Shown here: positions 57,480-64,000 of the stretch, in pieces | Numbering within the stretch: the first letter of the stretch is position 1 | Layout of the letters: every line of letters starts with the position of its first letter | Assembly (NCBI GenBank): GCA_964605735.1 | Contig: CAZSDS010000001.1 | Span: 340,813-404,812 of the forward strand | Reading direction: 5' to 3' | Length of the DNA stretch: 64,000 nucleotides | Origin: an uncultured Candidatus Saccharibacteria bacterium | GTDB lineage: Bacteria; Patescibacteriota; Doudnabacteria; UBA920; O2-02-FULL-48-8 | Made by a program: the position numbers and the translations under genes | Notes under the pieces: model-generated | What the model was told of the DNA's origin: nothing | What the model saw: only the letters and a program-made list of their open reading frames with translations | Database searches by the model: none

Positions 57480-58325
57480 TTACTTGCCCCTCAGTTTTTT
57501 CAGGATTTTGATGTTCATTGGGTCGTCGGCTGGGTTGTCTTTTGGCGTTTCCAGGATCCAATCCAGTTTGCCGAAAACTTTGTGCTTGGCCAAAATCTTA
57601 AAACCTTCCAAACCGATTTTCCCCTGGCCAATGTGTTCATGCCGGTCCAGGTGTTTTCCGCACTCAGCTTTTGAGTCATTGGCGTGGACCACAACCAGCT
57701 TTTCGAATCCAATCAGCTTATCAAACTGCTTGAGCGTGTCATCAATTGATTTCTTGTTTGTTAAGTCATACCCGGACGCAAACATGTGGCAGGTGTCGAG
57801 ACAAACTCCAATGTCATACTTTTTCAGCGTTTTGTGATCCAGAATTTCCGCCAGTTCCTCAAACGTATCGCCCACAATTCTCCCTGCGCCCGCGGAAATT
57901 TCCAAAAGCAGCTGTGTGCTTCCCTTATACCCATCCATGATTTTTTCGATAGCCAGGGAAACTCGCTCCAACCCTTCCTTCTCAGTCAACTCGCCAAAAC
58001 TTCCCAAGTGCGTCATGATGGCTTTGGCCCCTATCAGACTGCCGCGCTCCAACTCCTGCCTGACCACTGAGATTGAGCCGTAGTAAATGTTGGTTTTAGT
58101 TGAAGCAAAGTTGATGAAATATGGCGTGTGAATGTAGCAGGTATCAAAACCGTGTTTTTCCATCTCTCCCTTAAACTGCTTTTGAACTTCCTTGGTTATC
58201 TCCTTGACCGGGCCGCCGTGCGGCGAACGCGAAAAAATCTGAAAGACTTCTGCCCCGACTTTTGCCGCATTTGCCGGAGCGTTATACAAACCCCCGGCTA
58301 TTGAAACATGTGTGCCTATTCGCAT
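57480..58325 (-). CDS. nfo: endonuclease IV
   Basis: GTHVSIAGG, HTPYFIN, DTCH, HANDS, DRHE and ILETP motifs. Confidence 0.95.
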   Translation of the reverse strand: MRIGTHVSIAGGLYNAPANAAKVGAEVFQIFSRSPHGGPVKEITKEVQKQFKGEMEKHGFDTCYIHTPYFINFASTKTNIYYGSISVVRQELERGSLIGAKAIMTHLGSFGELTEKEGLERVSLAIEKIMDGYKGSTQLLLEISAGAGRIVGDTFEELAEILDHKTLKKYDIGVCLDTCHMFASGYDLTNKKSIDDTLKQFDKLIGFEKLVVVHANDSKAECGKHLDRHEHIGQGKIGLEGFKILAKHKVFGKLDWILETPKDNPADDPMNIKILKKLRGK

Positions 58326-58382
58326 ATAATCTAATTCTAGGGAGGAATTGGTGAATATACAAGCCCTAAGCCAGGAGGAGAG

Positions 58383-58559
58383 ATGCTGCGTCTTGTCCCC
58401 AAGATCAAAGGCAAGTTCGGGAAGGTCCGGAAATCCCTGAGCTTCGTCGAATCTACAGAGCGCCTACCGGACGGCACCGTGAAAACCGTGTACAAGAGCG
58501 GAACCGTTTACCTGGTAAAGCCTGTTGAGTACCAGCAGATGAAACTGCCGGGATTTTAG
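58383..58559 (+). CDS. orphan 58-aa basic protein ending QQMKLPGF (not in ORF track)
   Basis: TTGAAA(58301)-18-TATAAT, AGGAGG SD; terminator ccgagac/gtctcgg at about 58598-58620. Confidence 0.7.
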   Translation: MLRLVPKIKGKFGKVRKSLSFVESTERLPDGTVKTVYKSGTVYLVKPVEYQQMKLPGF

Positions 58560-58619
58560 TGAACGAATATTGCACCTGCGCCGCGAGCAAAACAAAACCG
58601 AGACCTTGTCTCGGCTTTT

Positions 58620-59900
58620 TTATAACTCCAGTTTTTTGGCAAAAACTGATTCATCCGCATACGGACCAATCACAGCCAAATCCATATTTTCATTTTTGAG
58701 AATATCGTGGGCAACCTTATTGATGTCATCCAGCGTAACCTTATCCAGCTCTTCAAAAGTTTGTTTGATTGTTCGAATTTTTCCAAGAAAAGCTTCTTGT
58801 CCCAGATACCACTCCATCTTATCCTGCGGATCTTCCATTGCCAAAGCAATTTTTCCTTTGATGTAGTCCTTGGCTTTTTTCAATTCAGCGCTGGAGATGC
58901 CATCTTTCCTGACTTTTCTTAATTCATCAAGAATGACTTCCAAAGCCTGTGGAGCGGAACTAACTTTTAATCCGGATTGAATTATGAAGCTCCCAGCGTC
59001 CAGGTAATTGTTGTAAGAAGTTGAGATGTAATAAGCCAAACCCAGGCGTTCACGGATTCGGATAAACATGCGCGAACTCATACCGCCGCCCAAAGTGGCT
59101 GAGAGCAGGCGCAAAGGAAAATTGTGTTTGCTTCGGTAAGGATAAGCGCCAAAACCAAGAATCATATGCCCCTGCTCCGTCAATTTGTTCTTTACGACAA
59201 GCCTGGGGTTTCTTTGTTTTTCAACGACAGGCGCATAGGAACCAAATTTTTTGTTTGGCAGTTTCCCCCAGTGTTCATTAACCAGCTTTTCCAGTTTATC
59301 GGCATCAAATTGCCCGGCAACCGCAATAATGGTGTTCCCTGGCTGGTAAAATTTTTCCCTGAATTTAAGCACATCCTCTCTGGTCACGGATCTAATGACT
59401 TCCGGTGTCCCTGCAATATCCCTGCCCAAAGCGCAACCCTCCCACAACAACTCCTCAAAAAGCGTTTCAACGTGAATCTGAGGAGTGTCCTTGTACATGT
59501 TTATTTCTTCTATAATCACACCCTTTTCCCGCTCAATTTCCTTTTCATCAAACAGCGGATTCTGCACCATATCAGTTAGCACGCCAAAAACCAGAGGTAA
59601 ATGTTCATGCGCCGCCCGGATGTAATATTGGGTGTGTTCCTTGCCTGTATTGGCATTGAATTCCCCTCCCACCGCATCAATCACCTCAGACAGTTTTTTT
59701 GCGGTTGGGTATTTGGCGCTGCCTTTAAAGTGCAGATGCTCCAAAAAGTGCGCCATGCCGTTCTGCTCCAACTTCTCATAACGAGATCCAGCCTTCACGA
59801 AAACCGACATCGTGACAGATGCCGCAGTTTCGATAGGAACGGTTAGTAATGTTAGCCCGTTTTGCAGGACTTTCTTAGTGTATAAGGGTTGTGCTGACAT
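58620..59900 (-). CDS. M16 family zinc metallopeptidase
   Basis: GSRYE, AHFLEH (HxxEH) and GGGMSSRMF..IRE..GLAY motifs. Confidence 0.95.
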   Translation of the reverse strand: MSAQPLYTKKVLQNGLTLLTVPIETAASVTMSVFVKAGSRYEKLEQNGMAHFLEHLHFKGSAKYPTAKKLSEVIDAVGGEFNANTGKEHTQYYIRAAHEHLPLVFGVLTDMVQNPLFDEKEIEREKGVIIEEINMYKDTPQIHVETLFEELLWEGCALGRDIAGTPEVIRSVTREDVLKFREKFYQPGNTIIAVAGQFDADKLEKLVNEHWGKLPNKKFGSYAPVVEKQRNPRLVVKNKLTEQGHMILGFGAYPYRSKHNFPLRLLSATLGGGMSSRMFIRIRERLGLAYYISTSYNNYLDAGSFIIQSGLKVSSAPQALEVILDELRKVRKDGISSAELKKAKDYIKGKIALAMEDPQDKMEWYLGQEAFLGKIRTIKQTFEELDKVTLDDINKVAHDILKNENMDLAVIGPYADESVFAKKLEL

Positions 59901-59926
59901 TTCGGTTTCTTATGATCTGGCTTAGA

Positions 59927-61258
59927 TTAACAATGAAGTTTTTCCGTAAAATATGCAAGCAATTCATCGACTTTCACGCGATCCTGTTGCATGGTGTCCC
60001 GGTCCCTTACTGTCACAGCGCCGTCATTGGCAGTCTCAAAATCCACGGTCACACAATAAGGCGTTCCGATTTCATCCTGTCTGCGGTAGCGTTTGCCTAT
60101 TGAACCGGTTTCATCATACTGGCACATCCATTTGCTTTGCAGGTTCTTCAAAATATCAAGCGCTGGTTTGGTCAATTCCTCTTTTTTAGACAACGGCAAA
60201 ACTGCAACTTTGATTGGCGCCAGCTCTTTAGGTAATCGCAAAGTCACTTCTTTTTCATGCACCGCGTCATCTTTGCCGGAACGGGCTTCTGTTTCCGTAT
60301 AAGCTGACAGCAAGACCGCTAAAACTGTTCGGTCCACGCCAAGCGACGGCTCAATTACATGCGGTATATATGTTTCGTTTGTGCTCTCATCTCTGTACTG
60401 CATTAACTCGCCAGATTTTTTTTCATGGGCACTCAGATCATAATCGGTTCTATAAGCCAAACCATAAAGTTCTTTTTGTCCAAAGGGATAATCAAATTCA
60501 ATATCAATCGTCCTCTTACTATAAAACGCCCGGTCCTCATCGGAAATTTCAACGTAGTGAACTTTTGATTCATCCAAACCAATAGTTTTAATCCATTTTT
60601 TCAATTCCTCTAACCAATGATCAAAATGCTTTTCCCAATCGTGCGGGTGGACAAAATACTCAATTTCCATCTGTTCAAATTCGCGGGTTCGGAAAATATA
60701 ATTTCCTGGGGTGATCTCATTTCGAAACGCCTTACCAATTTGTGCCACGCCAAAAGGGATTTTCTTTCTGGAAGTTTCTTGAATCTGTTTGAAATCAACA
60801 AATATTGCCTGGGCTGTTTCCGGCCTGAAATAGACTACGCTGGTTTCATCCTGAACCGGACCCAAATGAGTCTGCAACATTAAATTAAACTGTTTGCTTT
60901 CAGTAAATTCACTTCCTCCGCACTGGGTGCATTTTTCTGGTCTTTGGTCTGCCCGATATCGGCTATGGCATTTCTTACACTCAGTTAAAGGATCGGTGAA
61001 AGTAGCAATATGTCCGGACGCCTCCCAGACTTTAGGGTTCATCAAAATAGCGGCATCCAAGCCGACCATGTCCCTGCGCTCCTGCACAAACATCTTCCAC
61101 CAGAGCTTCTTGATGTTGTTCTTCAATTCCACGCCTAAAGGTCCGTAATCCCAGGAGTTGGCCAAGCCACCGTAAATTTCAGATCCGGGAAATATAAAAC
61201 CACGCCTTTTAGCGAGGTTAACAATTTTCTCCATCAAATCAGGTTGTTGTTTAGACAT
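59927..61258 (-). CDS. glyQS: glycine-tRNA ligase, homodimeric (alpha2) type
   Basis: DYGPLG, RPETAQ, FRNEITP, FRTREFEQME and IEPSLG motifs. Confidence 0.96.
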   Translation of the reverse strand: MSKQQPDLMEKIVNLAKRRGFIFPGSEIYGGLANSWDYGPLGVELKNNIKKLWWKMFVQERRDMVGLDAAILMNPKVWEASGHIATFTDPLTECKKCHSRYRADQRPEKCTQCGGSEFTESKQFNLMLQTHLGPVQDETSVVYFRPETAQAIFVDFKQIQETSRKKIPFGVAQIGKAFRNEITPGNYIFRTREFEQMEIEYFVHPHDWEKHFDHWLEELKKWIKTIGLDESKVHYVEISDEDRAFYSKRTIDIEFDYPFGQKELYGLAYRTDYDLSAHEKKSGELMQYRDESTNETYIPHVIEPSLGVDRTVLAVLLSAYTETEARSGKDDAVHEKEVTLRLPKELAPIKVAVLPLSKKEELTKPALDILKNLQSKWMCQYDETGSIGKRYRRQDEIGTPYCVTVDFETANDGAVTVRDRDTMQQDRVKVDELLAYFTEKLHC

Positions 61259-61344
61259 ATTATTCCGTGATGACACTGGCTGTCAGGCATATAAACCTGA
61301 CTGGATGCGGCACCTCATTAATTGTCTTTAGATTGTAACACAGG

Positions 61345-62049
61345 TTACTGGTTTTTTGTACCTTTCTTTTTACGGAACTCAGAAATTTTATGAGGAAGGT
61401 TAACGAAGTACCAGATTACGTAGAGCGCAGTCAGTAATACCATAATCCCCAAAATCTGGGGAGCGACTTCAAAACTTTGCTCACCTAATGCCGCGGAAAA
61501 AACAATCAGCGGCAGAATGCCAAGCAAGTTGGCTATCGTAAATTTCCAGTAGCTAATGCTTGATGCTCCAGCCAAATAATTCCAAATGTCAAAGGAAGTG
61601 ATTGGGTTTATTTTCAAAATAAAAATCGCCCAGGTTCCGTTTTTTTCCATGTACTCCTCAAACTTGGCCATCTGCTTGGCGGAAATGAATTTGACCAGGA
61701 GCGGTTTGCCCCAGCGCTGGCCAATCCAAAAACTGATGCTTGATCCTATAAAGTTTGCGATCATAACGTAAAGAATGGTTTGGAAAAAACCGAAGATTGC
61801 GGCCCCAACCGGGTAAACAAACCAACCAGGGATAAAGGCAATCAAAACTTCCAGCACCACCAGCCAGACATAAGAGAACGCCGCCCATGGCCCGAGGTCA
61901 ACCAAATAATCCCTGAACTTGCTGGCGTCATTCGCAAACAAATTAAACACGACTTCGCCCTGGAAGAACGACCAAAACGCCCACACCAAAGCCGCTGTCA
62001 GCAACAGCGTGATTGACACATCCAATATGCGGCGTTGTTTCTCCGTCAT
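61345..62049 (-). CDS. TVP38/TMEM64 (DedA/VTT) family membrane protein
   Basis: AFIPG, GAAIFG and NPITSFDIWNYLAG motifs. Confidence 0.85.
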   Translation of the reverse strand: MTEKQRRILDVSITLLLTAALVWAFWSFFQGEVVFNLFANDASKFRDYLVDLGPWAAFSYVWLVVLEVLIAFIPGWFVYPVGAAIFGFFQTILYVMIANFIGSSISFWIGQRWGKPLLVKFISAKQMAKFEEYMEKNGTWAIFILKINPITSFDIWNYLAGASSISYWKFTIANLLGILPLIVFSAALGEQSFEVAPQILGIMVLLTALYVIWYFVNLPHKISEFRKKKGTKNQ

Positions 62050-62244
62050 TGAATTAAGTTTAACATAAATAAGGCGGCCTGTTTTGAGCATTGCTCTCGT
62101 TTTCTAATTTGCAAAAAAATACTTGTGATTATATATACGAAAGTGCCTCGTGTCAAGTTACAGCGGGGCTGGGGCTTACGGGAAATTGCCTAGAAAAAGA
62201 GCCCTACACTGTGATAGTATAGGGCTAGAATTTGCGGGCACCGG

Positions 62245-62718
62245 CTATTCGTCAGCTCGGCGCCTGTTGTACACTGGCCTGAGATAGTTGGCCGGGTTGC
62301 TGGCTTCCTCCAGGGAATTTTGCTTTTCAGCGTAGCCGGTATCGCTGAAAACGAACTCAACCGGGTCACCTCGCTCAGAAAGGAGCATGCCCGCGAAGTC
62401 ACTATAGTGGCGGTGACCTCGCGTGACGCGGAGAGTCTGCGGTCCCTTGTTTGAATGAAGCCGGACAACTATGTTACCGGTCTCGTCATCCAGGGACACG
62501 CTTTCCATGCGCCAGGGCTCATTCTGCAAATACTTCATCAGCAGAATCTCCTGAGCCTCTTTCTGAGCCTTCGTTACCCGGACATGCGCCGGCGCCGGAT
62601 TCATCAGGCTTGCTGGCGCATTCCCTGCTGGCGCGTCCAGTGGCTTGTCGCTGACTGCGGAGATGGTGAAGAACAAACCTATCACGATAGCTGCTAACGT
62701 GTTCAATTTGCGGGACAT
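62245..62718 (-). CDS. orphan exported or membrane-anchored protein
   Basis: AGGAGG SD; MSRKLNTLAAIVIGLFF signal; terminator agccct..agggct+T at about 62193-62226. Confidence 0.7.
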   Translation of the reverse strand: MSRKLNTLAAIVIGLFFTISAVSDKPLDAPAGNAPASLMNPAPAHVRVTKAQKEAQEILLMKYLQNEPWRMESVSLDDETGNIVVRLHSNKGPQTLRVTRGHRHYSDFAGMLLSERGDPVEFVFSDTGYAEKQNSLEEASNPANYLRPVYNRRRADE

Positions 62719-62752
62719 GAGCGCCCTCCTGACTCCTGGCGATGCGGGAAAA

Positions 62753-63115
62753 CTATGCGTGAGCCGACCACCTGACGCTGCCTGGATCTGTATCATCCGT
62801 TTCGATCTCGAGCTTGTAGACGTTGAGCCATTCGCCACAGTCCAGCTTGCGCCGGATCGCAGGCTTGACGTTGACCAGCCGGAGCACGGGCTCAGACGAC
62901 AAACCTGCAAGCTTGAATGCGGTTCGGAGAATGGACCAGGTGCCTTCGGAAAGCACGTGATCGAGTTCCTCGCAGTCGAGGATTACCTTGCTCGCGCCGT
63001 CCCTCAGTTCCTGGATTTTCTCGTAAAGAGTGTTGTCGAGGTCAGAAGTTTCGAACACGCCGCTGAATTTCAACCGGCCTGCGGTTTCCGTTTTCTCTAT
63101 GTGCCAACTTTTCAT
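62753..63115 (-). CDS. divergent STAS (anti-sigma antagonist-like) domain protein
   Basis: LKFSG.F, VILDCEELDHVLSEG, LRLVNVKPAIRR pattern; TTGCCA-17-TATACT promoter and AGGAGG SD. Confidence 0.65.
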   Translation of the reverse strand: MKSWHIEKTETAGRLKFSGVFETSDLDNTLYEKIQELRDGASKVILDCEELDHVLSEGTWSILRTAFKLAGLSSEPVLRLVNVKPAIRRKLDCGEWLNVYKLEIETDDTDPGSVRWSAHA

Positions 63116-63158
63116 AGGGCCTCCTATCAGTTGGATCAAAAAGTATAGCAGTTCCTGG

Positions 63159-64000
63159 CTATTCTGGCAAGATCTTCTGGTATCTGTAAGTGGAAGCCAT
63201 TTGCCCAAAGCTTCCGGCGTCAATTGCAGTTCGGATTCGTTCCATCAAATTCAAATAAAAACGCAGGTTATGCATGGTGGCCAGTCGCAGGGCCAGAGGT
63301 TCTTCTGTCATAAACAAGTGGCGCAAATAAGAGCGGGTAAAATTCAGGCAGCAATAGCAGTTGCAGGTATTATCTACCGGTGAAAAATCTTCCTTGAATT
63401 GCTCATTGTTTATGTTGATAGTTATGTAGCCGTCTCCCTGGCCAGGCTTGAGGTTCACATACAACCGTCCATGGCGGGCCTCGCGGGTTGGGATCACACA
63501 GTCAAAGCTGTCACAGCCGCGGGCAACTGCCTGGACAATTTGCTCTGGAGTGCCTACGCCCAGCAAGTGTTTGGCTTTGTCTTCTTCCAAATACGGTACG
63601 GAGTTTTCAATTGCTTTATACATTTCCTCTTCCGGCTCACCCACTGCCACGCCGCCGATCGCATAACCCACAAAACCTATTTCCCTGATCTGCCTGGCTG
63701 ATTTCTGGCGAAGCTCCGGGAAAGTTGAGCCTTGCACGATTCCCCACAACTCTTGGCCCGGGTTTACCGTGTGCCTGACCACCCTGTCATGTTCAGTTTT
63801 GGACCTAAGCGCCCATTTGGCAGTCCGTTCAATTGAGTCCATAACATCTTTTTCCGTTGCCGGATAGCCTGGGAAGTCATCCAGTACAACTGCAATGTCT
63901 GATCCCAGATTCAGCTGGATCTGCATGGAAATTTCAGGTGTAAGATTATGCATGCTCCCGTCCACATCTGAGCGGAAAGTCACACCCTGATCAGTGAGCT
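63159..64000 (-). CDS. tgt: tRNA-guanine transglycosylase, 5' end outside the window
   Basis: GIVQG, AIGG.AVGE, HLLGVG, FDCVIPTREARHG, CNCYCC and HNL motifs. Confidence 0.96.
   Translation of the reverse strand, partial: LTDQGVTFRSDVDGSMHNLTPEISMQIQLNLGSDIAVVLDDFPGYPATEKDVMDSIERTAKWALRSKTEHDRVVRHTVNPGQELWGIVQGSTFPELRQKSARQIREIGFVGYAIGGVAVGEPEEEMYKAIENSVPYLEEDKAKHLLGVGTPEQIVQAVARGCDSFDCVIPTREARHGRLYVNLKPGQGDGYITININNEQFKEDFSPVDNTCNCYCCLNFTRSYLRHLFMTEEPLALRLATMHNLRFYLNLMERIRTAIDAGSFGQMASTYRYQKILPE

Noticed and set aside
58340-58440. Alternative GTG-start ORF after GGGAGG upstream of the 58-aa orphan
   Set aside because: It gives only a 29-codon peptide overlapping the better-supported frame.
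1077-63701. Many plus-strand ORFs in the track opposite core genes (e.g. 25064..25690, 28588..29223, 41230..41898, 62645..63148)
   Set aside because: They are antisense shadows of well-supported genes, with no SD, promoter or family motifs.
1-64000. CRISPR array, cas genes, integrase, transposase or prophage
   Set aside because: No regularly spaced repeats and no ORF with such motifs were seen.
1-64000. Alternative genetic code (TGA=Gly) or selenocysteine readthrough
   Set aside because: Conserved genes are full length under code 11, and several end in TGA at the expected position.

Overview
Core chromosome segment of a small-genome bacterium, most likely a Patescibacteria/CPR member (inferred from rpmD missing from the spc operon, a fragmented str operon, a homodimeric-type GlyRS and compact gene packing; TGA is read as stop). 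Almost all housekeeping genes are on the minus strand. They are a glycolysis/non-oxidative pentose phosphate cluster (galT-tpiA-rpiB-rpe-tkt, pfkB, 2-hydroxyacid dehydrogenase, fba, gap, pgk, gpmI), degP/yqgF, map and two adk genes, the S10-spc ribosomal protein cluster, tuf/fusA/rpsG/rpsL, a PAS-GGDEF-EAL protein, mscL, parB, tRNA-Leu(CAA), glyA, tsaC, leuS, tatD, metG, nfo, an M16 peptidase, glyQS and tgt. rpmB and an RnfD-like/FNR fusion lie on the plus strand. No CRISPR array, integrase or transposase was seen. Five signals stand out. (1) About ten self-contained orphan mini-gene cassettes, each with a sigma70 promoter, strong Shine-Dalgarno and own terminator, are wedged between core genes that are mostly SD-less or leaderless. 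(2) Two adjacent cassettes share a homologous leader made of a short uORF, a 13-nt boxA-like motif and a premature terminator. (3) A REP-like palindrome sits in-frame inside L23 and also occurs near the tRNA. (4) Several unannotated structured RNA candidates are present at 8.9 kb, 37.9 kb and in the rplC, tuf and rpsL leaders. (5) Paralogous membrane-anchored proteins are interleaved in core operons. All RNA structures and promoters were judged by eye, not computed.
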